Shown piece after piece: positions 41,340 through 50,890 of a DNA stretch of 64,000 nt. Under the pieces are notes generated by a model that did no database searches, had not been told where the DNA came from, and saw only the letters and a program-made list of their open reading frames with translations. The position numbers and the translations under genes were made by a program. The DNA is from a virus (Duplodnaviria > Caudoviricetes), in the IMG/VR virus record IMGVR_UViG_3300046167_000798. The stretch is one strand, 5' to 3'. Each line of letters opens with the position of its first letter. Positions within the stretch are counted from its first letter, which is position 1.

Positions 41340-42584
41340 CTACTCCGTATAATTAAGTGTAGAAAGTATAGTATCTAACTTAGATTTTATTTTGTTAAAA
41401 TCACCTTTGTTATTTGGCCCCACTGCAGTTGGTCCTGATGGAGTTGAGAATACTTGTTTATTTATTGCATTAATTAGTTCTTCTAATAAATCAATTAAAG
41501 TTTGTCCTCTTGCAATTGGTTCTGTTGTTTCTTCTGTATTAAGATATATTTCTCCTGCTCCTCCAAGAATAAAAGTATTATTATCATTGGTAGTAATTCT
41601 AACATCTCCATTAAAATTCATAGATGCTCCATCATTACCATTATCAATACTAAATTTACCATCAGAAACAAATCCATAATTACCTTTAGAAAAGAAAATC
41701 ATTTCAGATTCTTTGGATGATAATATAATTCTACCACTATTAATTAATATTTGGTCTCCTTTAAGTTCACTTGGATAATCATCAAATACTTCAGGAGTTG
41801 TTTCTAATGGAGTATCTGTTGTTCCAGGTGTAAAATCTGATAAGTATTCTCCACTTGTTATTGCAATTGTTGAACCATCATCTATAACATTTTCTTCTGT
41901 GATATCTCCTATCTTTAAATCATTTAAAGATTTAGAATTTTGTCTGTTTCTGATTATAATGGTTGGGGATAGAATATTATCCGAGTTATTATATCCACTA
42001 AAACGAATTGATTGTCCAAAACGAGATTGAAATAAATTATCTCCTTCGTATAGTTTTAATCTATTTACATTATTAATTTCAAAATAATCACCATACTTTG
42101 CTTCTGTTTTTGAATTAGATGTTGATTGAGTAGTACCTGTTTGTGATACACTTGAATATGAGGATGCTTTATTACCACTACTTTCATCATAACCATCAAA
42201 TTGTTTTTTTCCTGCATTTTTAGATGCACTACCTTGGTTTAAAAACTTAACAGGTATTCTTCTATAATATCTACCTACAATTTCTATTGTTTCACCAACA
42301 ATAGGTAAATCCTAAGTTGGTTGAATTTTGTGGATAGTAAATTGGTAGTTTTTCTTCAGCCGTTACTTTATCACTCAAACGCCTTGCAACAACACATCCC
42401 AACATTAAATAAATTCTTATCACCACTAAAAACTTCACTATGTCTATCTTCTACCTGTATCTCTTAGTCTTGGATGTGTTTCATCTAATATCACACCAAC
42501 TACAACAGCGGTATCTATTGAACTAACTCCCTTAGAATAGTTTGCAGAAGATGCAAGTGTTTGTTTAGATATTCTCTGGCTCAT
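41340..42584 (-). CDS. Baseplate hub/central spike (gp5/VgrG-like), ~414 aa; only the 3' part is in the ORF track because of indels near 42310 and 42450
   Basis: Manual translation: MSQRISK..VVGVILDE..LPIVGETIEIV..YEGDNLFQSRFGQSIRFSG..QILINSGRII; C-terminal TPSGPTAVGP. Confidence 0.65.
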
Positions 42585-42994
42585 TAAGTTTTACCTTTTG
42601 TTTAAGTTCTTCTACTTCATTAGTGAGTTCATCAACTTTTACATCTTGTTCATCTGCTACTTGTGAAATAGTTTCATCTAATTGTTTTAATAATTGTTCC
42701 TTTTCTTCATCGGATAAAAAGCCAGGTATCCCCTTCTGCTTTATGTTGTGCTCCAATTATTCTTTGTGCAATTGCTGCCATCTTGATTAGTGAATCATCA
42801 TTCTTAACTGATGTATCAACTAAATCTTTTATGATTGGCCCAATTACTGCCATATCCCCAGCATGTCTAATTACCTTTTTCATTTCAGCAATTAGCTCAG
42901 AGATTCTTTGTTTCTTGTTTTGTTGATTATCATAGATATCTTTAAACAATCCACTAAGGTTCTTACCAGGAAATAATTCAAAATCTGTACTCAT
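42565..42994 (-). CDS. Hypothetical helical protein; two ORFs joined across a frameshift near 42720
   Basis: Restored reading QHKAEGDTGFLSDEEKEQLL. Confidence 0.6.
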
Positions 42995-43032
42995 GATTAT
43001 ACCATATTAGTTGTATATAAATATAGTAAACG

Positions 43033-43061
43033 AAAAAACCTCACTTTTTAGGGTGAGGTTT
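43033..43061 (-). terminator. Rho-independent terminator
   Basis: aaacctcac...gtgaggttt stem with a U-tract on the minus strand. Confidence 0.7.
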
Positions 43062-43095
43062 AATCTTTTAACGCGTTGTAGAATTAATATAATTC

Positions 43096-43327
43096 TTACT
43101 TTTTAATAATGTGGTAAAGTACAAAGGCACCAACTAGTCCTAATAGACCTTCAGCACTCAAACTTCCTAAAATAGCCATAATATTATCAACTACTGATAC
43201 TTCTGGCCAGAATGGGATGTCCGCTCCTTTGAAGAGTACTTCAAATACTACTCCTAGAAGCAATGATACTAATACCGATTTTTGTTAATTCGTCAGCCCA
43301 AGAGCCTATTTTTTTCAAAAATTCCAT
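43096..43327 (-). CDS. Small two-TM membrane protein (76 aa after removing 1 nt), not in the ORF track
   Basis: MEFLKKIGSWADELTKIGISIIALGVVFEVLFKGADIPFWPEVSVVDNIMAILGSLSAEGLLGLVGAFVLYHIIKK; AAGGAG RBS. Confidence 0.65.
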
Positions 43328-43485
43328 ATGTTTCTCCTTTTGTTTTAATTAAATGTGAATAACTTTTCCATCTTGCAAAACTAGGGATATCCACAAATAA
43401 CTATGATATATACTTGGTAAAAAATTATGATATATATTGAAACATCAATTAGAGAGGTATATTGGGGGTTTATATATTTATGTAC

Positions 43486-43515
43486 AAAAAAACCCAACCG
43501 AAATTCGTTGGGTTT
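43486..43515 (-). terminator. Rho-independent terminator downstream of the carbamoyltransferase
   Basis: aaacccaac..gttgggttt stem with a U7 tract on the minus strand. Confidence 0.7.
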
Positions 43516-43575
43516 CTATTCTAGCCACTTTATTATACGACCAGAGTTCTTAGTAATAAATAGAGAGTTTTACAG

Positions 43576-45285
43576 TTAACGTATCTTTTTACGAACTACA
43601 TAAGAACCAAGTATCAACACATCCATCTCACAATTTAAAAATGTTTTAATTGCATCTTCTGGTGTGAGAACCATTGTTTGGTCTTTTAAATTAAATGAAG
43701 TATTAATAACAATTGGAAATCCAATTAGTTTTTCTAGTTCACCGAGTATTTGATAAACATATCTAGCTCTTGTATTTGTTAGAGTCTGAACTCTTGATGA
43801 TTTATCTACATGAGTTATAGATGGTAATTTATTTATAAATCTATCAACTACCTTTACTACTTGATTCATATATGGTATATCAGAATCATATTCAAAATAA
43901 GTGGTTAATGCTTCTCTTTTACATATAGGAGCAAATGGTCTGAATCCTTCTCTCTTTTTAATTACTTTATTTAATCGAGATTTCATTTGAGGGTCACATG
44001 GATTTGCGAATATACATCTACTTCCTAATGCTCGTGCACCAAACTCCATTCTTCCTTGAAACCATCCTATAATATTATTTTCAGATATTAATTCAGCAGT
44101 ATAAGGTATTAATACATCACTTGGTTTCCATTCATAGTAAACATCTAAGTGATAATCATTAAGTGCCTTTAACATATCTTGTTTACTATAATCAGGACCT
44201 AAATATGGATTAGTATTATCATGTCTATCAATATCAATACCTTTGTAAAAACTTTCAAGAGCAACTCCAATCGAAGAACCAGCATCTGATGGTGCTGGTG
44301 GTATCCAAATATTTTGAAACTTTGTTTTTTCTTTTATCTTACCATTTGCAGTTCCATTATAAGCACATCCACCACTCAAACATAAGTTCGGTGTTTCTGT
44401 TATTCTATGTAATCTGTTTAATAATTTAAAGAAATATTTTTCATATTGAAATTGTACCGATGCAGCTAAATCTTTATAATCTTGTGTTAGTTCTTCTTCT
44501 GGTAATCTATTTGATATACCTAAATGTTCTGATAGTTTTGCGTTAAACATATGGTCATCAGACCAATCATATTCAAAATATTCCATATTTAATTCATATC
44601 CACCATCTTTAGTAGAATAAATTATATCTTCAAATTTTAAATTATATTTTTCAGGATTACCATATGGAGCTAATCCCATAACTTTATACTCACCCTCGTT
44701 TGGTTTGAATCCTAAGAAAGCAGTAAATGAAGAATAAAACATTCCCAATGAATGTGGGAAATCTATACTTTGTAATTCTTTTATTTTATTCTTATCACCA
44801 TAAGATAAAGAAGTTGTTTTCCACTCACCAACACCATCTACTGATAATATAGCTGATGTTTTAAATGGAGAAGTATAGTAGGTATATGATAGGTGAGAAT
44901 CGTGATGATTACCAAAAATAACCTTAGTATTTTTACCTCTATACTTATCTATATTTTTATTTAATAAATTATAAGATTCAGTATTTCTGTTTATTATTTT
45001 TTTTCTATTGAAATATTTCCAAATACCACCTCTTTTTGTAGATTCTGTAATTCTATCTAATTTTGTTATTGGGTTTTCGTAAAAACATATCTCAGATATA
45101 TCTTCTTTGGAAATACTAAATTTATCAAAAAACCAATTTAAGGTATTATGTGGAAATGAAGAATCGTGTTTTATACCTGTGAATCTTTCTTCCTCACAAG
45201 CAGCGATAACTTTACCATCTTTAATCAAAGAGGCAGCTGAATCGTGATATCCACAACTTATTCCTATAACATATTTTACTTTCAT
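43576..45285 (-). CDS. Carbamoyltransferase (NodU/CmcH/TobZ family)
   Basis: GISCGYHDSAA, EEERF..IKH, HHDSH, DGVGE, HSLG..Y, EYKVMGLAPYG, LSGGCAYN, DAGSSIG, GARALGSR, KREGFRPFAP, NTSFN. Confidence 0.95.
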   Translation of the reverse strand: MKVKYVIGISCGYHDSAASLIKDGKVIAACEEERFTGIKHDSSFPHNTLNWFFDKFSISKEDISEICFYENPITKLDRITESTKRGGIWKYFNRKKIINRNTESYNLLNKNIDKYRGKNTKVIFGNHHDSHLSYTYYTSPFKTSAILSVDGVGEWKTTSLSYGDKNKIKELQSIDFPHSLGMFYSSFTAFLGFKPNEGEYKVMGLAPYGNPEKYNLKFEDIIYSTKDGGYELNMEYFEYDWSDDHMFNAKLSEHLGISNRLPEEELTQDYKDLAASVQFQYEKYFFKLLNRLHRITETPNLCLSGGCAYNGTANGKIKEKTKFQNIWIPPAPSDAGSSIGVALESFYKGIDIDRHDNTNPYLGPDYSKQDMLKALNDYHLDVYYEWKPSDVLIPYTAELISENNIIGWFQGRMEFGARALGSRCIFANPCDPQMKSRLNKVIKKREGFRPFAPICKREALTTYFEYDSDIPYMNQVVKVVDRFINKLPSITHVDKSSRVQTLTNTRARYVYQILGELEKLIGFPIVINTSFNLKDQTMVLTPEDAIKTFLNCEMDVLILGSYVVRKKIR

Positions 45286-45287
45286 TC

Positions 45288-46037
45288 CTATAAATAATCA
45301 GTATCTATATATCTATCATCTTCCCAAAATGTTTCTTTTTTATCAACAATCAATTCTCCATGATGTAAATAATCGTTTAACATTTTTTTCTGATGCTTTT
45401 TCATTACATTTACAACTTTAGTAATGTAGTGAGTTTTACAATCAGTCATTTCTCTGATAAGTAGATATAAATGTTTTTTGTTAAAGTTTTCTATATGTTC
45501 ACTTCTTCTAAATAATTCTAATATCGCATCTGCTATTTGTAAATCTCTTTTCTTTGTAAATACTGAATTTAAATTATTATCCCAATAAGTTAACATCATC
45601 TGCTTGAATTCCTTAAATTCATTATTTTCTTCAACTTCATTAAAATCATTTTCAGGATTCCATGTTTCTGGCATTTGTGAAAGAAGATTATTCTGTTTCC
45701 ATCTTTTGTAGTTACCATTATTCTTTAAAATCAAATGGTTCTTTGCAATAATAGTAAAGTAAGAAAACGCTCTACCCTTTCCCTCTTTGAACATATGTAT
45801 TTTTTCTACCATTGTAGAAACTACTTCTGTTTGGACATCTTTTTTTGGTACATCGAAATAAGTAAACTTGAATGTATTAAGAACATTTTCTGCAAGTTTT
45901 TCGAATGGATATTTGATTCTTTCTTCATATATTTTAGACCTTTCAATAGGGTCAGTTGAGTTATTATATTCTACTATAGCTTCTTGAGCAGGTGTTCCAA
46001 AGTATATCTTGGATTTTTTTCTTCTAGGTCTTGGCAT
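45288..46037 (-). CDS. Phage sigma factor (T4 gp55-like late sigma)
   Basis: sigma region 2-like KIHMFKEGKGRAFSYFTIIAKNHLI, resembling the gp55 NPFAYFTQI motif. Confidence 0.65.
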   Translation of the reverse strand: MPRPRRKKSKIYFGTPAQEAIVEYNNSTDPIERSKIYEERIKYPFEKLAENVLNTFKFTYFDVPKKDVQTEVVSTMVEKIHMFKEGKGRAFSYFTIIAKNHLILKNNGNYKRWKQNNLLSQMPETWNPENDFNEVEENNEFKEFKQMMLTYWDNNLNSVFTKKRDLQIADAILELFRRSEHIENFNKKHLYLLIREMTDCKTHYITKVVNVMKKHQKKMLNDYLHHGELIVDKKETFWEDDRYIDTDYL

Positions 46038-46038
46038 A

Positions 46039-46314
46039 TTATAATTCTCTATTTAAGGTTTCAACAATTTTTTTTAATTCTAAGAAGGTTACTCCTACTT
46101 CATCATCCTTTTCAAATACTTCTCTATTATCAAGTTCTCTCATTTTATCGAGAGCAGTTCCAACAGACTGTATGGTATCATTAGTAGTTTTAACTAATCT
46201 ATCTTCGAGTTGTTCGTTTTGTTTTAATAGGTTTCGAACTCCTATTAGTAGTACAATATTTATGACTACTGAAATTCCTATAATAATATTATAGGTAGTT
46301 AATAATTCTATCAT
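46039..46314 (-). CDS. Membrane-anchored coiled-coil protein
   Basis: N-terminal hydrophobic helix IIIGISVVINIVLLIGV, then heptads; follows the lysozyme. Confidence 0.55.
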   Translation of the reverse strand: MIELLTTYNIIIGISVVINIVLLIGVRNLLKQNEQLEDRLVKTTNDTIQSVGTALDKMRELDNREVFEKDDEVGVTFLELKKIVETLNREL

Positions 46315-46922
46315 GAATTTGGTTTTAATTTTATATCATAACCACTAAACTTATTCATATAAGAAGTGATTTTTGTTCCATTACCATCTCTAAAAACTTT
46401 TCCATTTTTAAAGTATCGTTTTACAGAACCCTGTCCTCCAAGATGTGCTGCTGCCAATATACCACTTTCTGTTATTAACATTCCATTAACAGTTTGTCCA
46501 TCGAATACATCAATATACTTTTGTAATTTTTCTTTGTTGTGTAGTAATAAAGCCATCATTGCTTCTTCTTGTAGTTGTGGGTTATTTAGAAATTCTTGTT
46601 TAGTTACTTTAAATCCTAATCCTTTTAAAGTACTTCTTCCAAATTGATACTTACCCATGTATCCCCATCGATTTACAACATCATATCTATTTGTTGATTC
46701 TCGATGTCCAATAGCATTTAAAAAGTTTTCTAACTCTTGTTTATGATATTGTTCTATTCTAATTCTTTCTTGTTCGATTTTTAAGAGTTCTAATTCTCTT
46801 TCTTTTTCTAAATCAACTAACATAGTTTCTATGCTGTTTGATTTATCTTTTGTTACTGCGGAATCAATCATTCCAAACGATAGTAGTGAAACTACTAACG
46901 TAAATATTATCTGTCTTTTCAT
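46311..46922 (-). CDS. Lysozyme-like peptidoglycan hydrolase/lytic transglycosylase with N-terminal signal sequence
   Basis: FLNAIGHRES..RYDVVN..GYMGKYQF, LAAAHLGG. Confidence 0.75.
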   Translation of the reverse strand: MKRQIIFTLVVSLLSFGMIDSAVTKDKSNSIETMLVDLEKERELELLKIEQERIRIEQYHKQELENFLNAIGHRESTNRYDVVNRWGYMGKYQFGRSTLKGLGFKVTKQEFLNNPQLQEEAMMALLLHNKEKLQKYIDVFDGQTVNGMLITESGILAAAHLGGQGSVKRYFKNGKVFRDGNGTKITSYMNKFSGYDIKLKPNS

Positions 46923-46956
46923 AAGGTCTCCCCTTTAATTAAACATATTATTCCAC

Positions 46957-46988
46957 TAATATACGAAAAAAATTCCATATATCCAAGC
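46957..46988 (-). promoter_or_regulatory. Bacteroidota-type promoter upstream of the lysozyme
   Basis: CTTG-N20-TATATTAG. Confidence 0.65.
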
Positions 46989-47004
46989 AAAAAGTAATAA
47001 ATTT

Positions 47005-47253
47005 TTAGGCTTCTCCTTGTGGGCCATAATACATCCCACTCATAACTTCTTCTTCAGTTGAAGAGGTTTCTTCAAAACCATCAAGAATACGTTGAGTACT
47101 TTCGATGTTTTTTTCTAACCTAGATTCTAGTTCATCTTCGGTTATTATTCCACTATCTATTATAATATCTATAAGAGTTTGCATAACAACATTTTGAGTT
47201 AACAATCTATCGTTAAGTTTTTTTATGTGTATTCTTTGTGATGTTAAGCTCAT
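47005..47253 (-). CDS. Hypothetical protein
   Basis: 82-aa ORF in the array. Confidence 0.55.
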   Translation of the reverse strand: MSLTSQRIHIKKLNDRLLTQNVVMQTLIDIIIDSGIITEDELESRLEKNIESTQRILDGFEETSSTEEEVMSGMYYGPQGEA

Positions 47254-47479
47254 TTAATAGTTCCTTTAATTCGTTTTTATTTTCACTTCCATAAACCAAA
47301 TCACCAAATGATTTTTTGATACTATTATTACCATACCCCATTGCAGAGGCCATTCTTATACAAACAACCTTGTATTCATTAATGTCCATATCATCTGGTA
47401 CATCAAGTTCTACTTTACTTGCTTCTCTATTATTCTCAATAAAGTCTTTGTCTGTATAGCTAAATATAAGTTTTCCCAT
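47213..47479 (-). CDS. Hypothetical protein
   Basis: 88-aa ORF in the array. Confidence 0.55.
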   Translation of the reverse strand: MGKLIFSYTDKDFIENNREASKVELDVPDDMDINEYKVVCIRMASAMGYGNNSIKKSFGDLVYGSENKNELKELLNELNITKNTHKKT

Positions 47480-47491
47480 GTTTTCGTTTAA

Positions 47492-48112
47492 TTATAAGAT
47501 TTCAGCACCTACTGATAACAGAGGTTCTGCTTTCTTGTATTTCATAAATTGAGTAGAACCATCCGATAATTTTACCATCACTCTTTCATTTCTACCGTAT
47601 TTTTTTTCAGATTTAATTGTAGTAGTGTATCTTCTTGATGAATCTGTTATAAGGATTCCATTAAGATGGTCTATCTCATGTTGAGCACATACACACTCTA
47701 GTAATCCTTCATCTCCAAAAAATTCCTCAGAATCTTTCCATTCTTTTCCTTCTTCAATATCAGGTGAAAATATAACTGTTCCTAAATTATCACACTCTAC
47801 TGTAAATGATTTATGTCTTAAAGTTTTAACTGGTTTTTTCATTGTCTTATCTAACGATAAACATTGTTCTACATAAACAACTGTTTCTTTAGATACTTCT
47901 ACAACTTTTGGATTAACTAATAGTAATGGTTCTTTTACGTTTATTAAACAAACTCTATCTGTTAAACCTATTTGATTTGCAGATAATCCCAACCCACCAT
48001 ATCTAGTTAATTCGGTTGTTAATTTTTTTGAAATATTATCTATTTGCTCTTGTGTCATCGGTGTATATTCTAAAACCGATTTTAATTTACTTGGGTCTTT
48101 AATTAGTTTCAT
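47492..48112 (-). CDS. def: Peptide deformylase with C-terminal SecA-tail-like extension
   Basis: GLGLSANQIG, EQCLS, QHEIDHLNG; tail KYGRNERVMV..MKYKKAEPLL. Confidence 0.9.
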   Translation of the reverse strand: MKLIKDPSKLKSVLEYTPMTQEQIDNISKKLTTELTRYGGLGLSANQIGLTDRVCLINVKEPLLLVNPKVVEVSKETVVYVEQCLSLDKTMKKPVKTLRHKSFTVECDNLGTVIFSPDIEEGKEWKDSEEFFGDEGLLECVCAQHEIDHLNGILITDSSRRYTTTIKSEKKYGRNERVMVKLSDGSTQFMKYKKAEPLLSVGAEIL

Positions 48113-48362
48113 CGAATAAATTTAATTGTTTTGTTACTAATTTTTTAGTTGTATAATCTCCACCAAAAGGTCTTTCATAAACTGTTATTCCTTTATCTGG
48201 TGATTCAAAGATTTTAATATCTTTATGTTTTTCAAAGTACTCTTGATTTTTTCTGTATATATCTCGTACTGCTTTTCCCAATTCCATATCGTTTGGATAT
48301 TGTTTTACTAATTTTTCTATATTCATTATTCTGCTATGTTTAAATATTTTTCTAATAACCAA
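48099..48362 (-). CDS. Hypothetical protein
   Basis: PNDMELGKAVR and IFESPDKG.TVYER motifs; start may be the internal Met. Confidence 0.55.
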   Translation of the reverse strand: MVIRKIFKHSRIMNIEKLVKQYPNDMELGKAVRDIYRKNQEYFEKHKDIKIFESPDKGITVYERPFGGDYTTKKLVTKQLNLFDETN

Positions 48363-48799
48363 GATGAAGATTGTACTTTATCTCCCAATCCCCATACTGA
48401 ATCTATTCCATATGAGTTACATACATCATTCTCTGGTGTAGTTGTTTCTGTTCTATCTCCACCATTACCAAAGGCCATTTTACCTTCTATATCATCACTA
48501 TATGTAGTATGCCATTTATGTTTTGCATGGTCAATAAAATCAATTGCTGTATCATCTCCATGTATAAGTGGATTCATTACATAAACATAATCTACATCTC
48601 TTAAAGATTCCATTATAAACTTTCGTTCTCCTTCTTTCATAAACGATTTGCCTTTTTTTCTCCTTAACCAACTATCGTTGTTAAGTCCTATCCAAACTTG
48701 TTCTGCTAACTTCTTAGCATTTTGGATACATTCGATATGACCTTTATGTACAGGGTCAAATCCCCCACTAATTAAAATTACTTTATATTTTTTACTCAT
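48326..48799 (-). CDS. Cytidylyl/adenylyltransferase (RfaE C-terminal / TagD-like)
   Basis: SGGFDPVHKGH, LNNDSWL.RKKG, FGNGGDR, KVQSSSWLL. Confidence 0.88.
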   Translation of the reverse strand: MSKKYKVILISGGFDPVHKGHIECIQNAKKLAEQVWIGLNNDSWLRRKKGKSFMKEGERKFIMESLRDVDYVYVMNPLIHGDDTAIDFIDHAKHKWHTTYSDDIEGKMAFGNGGDRTETTTPENDVCNSYGIDSVWGLGDKVQSSSWLLEKYLNIAE

Positions 48800-49769
48800 C
48801 TTTAAGTTTGTTAATTATATTTTCAGCTATTATCTCATGACATAGTTTTGATGGATGTTCATCTCTATGTGTTTTTCTATTAAATGGTATAACATCCTTA
48901 TCATTATCAATCATCATCTTTACACCCTTACACTCCTCACAGTATTTAGTTCCAGAACAATGTTGTTCTGTATTAGTGTAATGCATTTGCAATTCATCAA
49001 TAGAATTATAAGTAAATCCTTTATAGTTAAAAGGAATATGGATATTTTTTAAAAAAGGTCTATCTTTTATTGCCTTCCAATAATCTCCATTCCAATTTAG
49101 TAGATAAACTTTTTTACCCATCTCTGAGTATTTTTTTAAAACAGATTCAACTCTATCCATTACCTGTTCTGTATGTATCTTTTCAAAATCATCAAAGGTA
49201 TAGTTGTTATCAATTAACCAATCAATGAATATTCTTTCTCCTATTTTTTTAGAATGTTGTCTTTCTTGAACACCTTGGCCTTGAACAAATACCATTTCAG
49301 ATACTCTTTCAAAATTCTGTAAGTTTGGAGTTGACCACATTTTGTAATCTTTGTTATTATATTTAAATTCAAAATCACATCTATATGGTTGAGTTGTTTG
49401 AAAGAAAATATAATCAACATTATCTATATCATAGTTTTTCTTTACCATACTGTATTTATTTGTTGAAATATCAGTATTACCAAAAACCTCATCTATAAAA
49501 CGAATAGATTCATCATCACTTCCACCATTGTATCTTTTTACAATAGGAGTTCCATTTAAATATTCTGCAACTTTAGTTGGCCATCCTAATGTTTTATGTA
49601 GTTCATATGCTTCTTCAGGAACTCTTATAGATTTCCACTCCACATCCATATTATCCTTACCACCTGTATATTCAATTGACATTGGTATTTTGATATCTTT
49701 ATCATAATACATCCATAGCCCCTGTCCCCAGGTAAATGAACATCCACTAAATATTATTCCTTTTTGCAT
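48792..49769 (-). CDS. SGNH-hydrolase-like protein (paralog 2)
   Basis: FSGCSFTWG, GGSDD, DEHPS..CH..IA. Confidence 0.5.
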   Translation of the reverse strand: MQKGIIFSGCSFTWGQGLWMYYDKDIKIPMSIEYTGGKDNMDVEWKSIRVPEEAYELHKTLGWPTKVAEYLNGTPIVKRYNGGSDDESIRFIDEVFGNTDISTNKYSMVKKNYDIDNVDYIFFQTTQPYRCDFEFKYNNKDYKMWSTPNLQNFERVSEMVFVQGQGVQERQHSKKIGERIFIDWLIDNNYTFDDFEKIHTEQVMDRVESVLKKYSEMGKKVYLLNWNGDYWKAIKDRPFLKNIHIPFNYKGFTYNSIDELQMHYTNTEQHCSGTKYCEECKGVKMMIDNDKDVIPFNRKTHRDEHPSKLCHEIIAENIINKLKDE

Positions 49770-49780
49770 ATTATCTTATA

Positions 49781-49812
49781 CAAAGATACGAAAATTATTT
49801 AACATATCCAAA
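49781..49812 (-). promoter_or_regulatory. Bacteroidota-type promoter upstream of 48792..49769
   Basis: Perfect TTTG-N20-TATCTTTG. Confidence 0.8.
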
Positions 49813-49813
49813 T

Positions 49814-50782
49814 TTATTTCCAATTAAATCCTGCACCCATATGTCCGAACGCTGCTGAATCACCAAAGATTGGTTTTCTGAGTTCTAAGAAATCAATTAT
49901 TCCTTTAGGTGATAAATCATATCCTTTGATAAATTCATGTTCTCCATCAACGATTGCAGTTGCTTGAAGTGGTTGGTCATATCCAATCGCATAAGCAAGT
50001 TGAACCATCACTTCTTGTACCTCTGGTCTTTGTTCTAAAATATCTACAGCAATTCTTCTTCCCATATAAGCTGCACTTCTATCAACCTTAGTAGAATCTT
50101 TTCCACTAAATGCTCCTCCACCGAGTGGAACTCTTGGGCCGTAATTATCAACTGCTAACTTTCCTACCAGTTAACCCAGCATCGGCAGTGAACCCACCAA
50201 TGTTCCAATCACCTGCAGGATTACAATGTAATGCCTTCAATAAAAGTATTCAGGATAATCTTCAAAGTATTCCATTACTAATTGTTGTAACTTATCTGAT
50301 GGTGCGTTCTGAAATGAACATACAACTCTAAGTGAGTTACCATTCATAGTAACTTGAGTTTTACCATCGTAAGGATATTTACTAAATACGTGCTTATTAA
50401 GTTCTCTTGATAAGAAATATTCTTGTGGTAAAAATTCTTTATTATCTCTACAAGCATAGCCAATCATAATTCCTTGGTCTCCTGCTCCACCAGTATCAAC
50501 TCCATTTGCAATCTCTGTTGATTGTGAGTTGATATTAATGATAACATTAATTGTATCATCAGTAGTTACATCATGAACTACCTTTACAATGTTTTCTCTT
50601 GTTACTACGGCATTTGAAGTAACTTCTCCTGTGATATAAACTTCTCCCATACCACCACAAGTTTCAATTGCTACTCGTGAGTTTGGGTCTTGTTGTAAAT
50701 GTAAATCTAATAATGTGTCTGATATTCTATCGCACATTTTGTCTGGATGCATCGGTGATACACATTCTGCGGTTCTAATCAT
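49814..50782 (-). CDS. metK: S-adenosylmethionine synthetase, split by apparent indels at about 50160-50240
   Basis: ECVSPMHPDKMCDRISD, GAGDQGIMIGYA, DGKTQVT, restored DAGLTGRK, GGGAFSGKDSTKVDRSAAY, QLAYAIG, FGHMG. Confidence 0.92.
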
Positions 50783-50889
50783 TTATTTAGTTTTTGTTGT
50801 AACTTCTGAATTTGTAATTTAATTTTTTGTGTTTGTGGTTTCTGAAGTTTTAGTTCTACGATTTTTTTTACTATTTCTTGGTTTGTCAT
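50779..50889 (-). CDS. Small K/Q-rich peptide (36 aa)
   Basis: MTNQEIVKKIVELKLQKPQTQKIKLQIQKLQQKLNK; ATGA-coupled to metK. Confidence 0.45.
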   Translation of the reverse strand: MTNQEIVKKIVELKLQKPQTQKIKLQIQKLQQKLNK

Positions 50890-50890
50890 A

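Noticed and set aside
43330-43575. Possible ncRNA or origin in the 250-bp intergenic gap (short tatgatatata repeat)
   Set aside because: Only a terminator hairpin is supportable; no recognisable RNA family structure or iteron array
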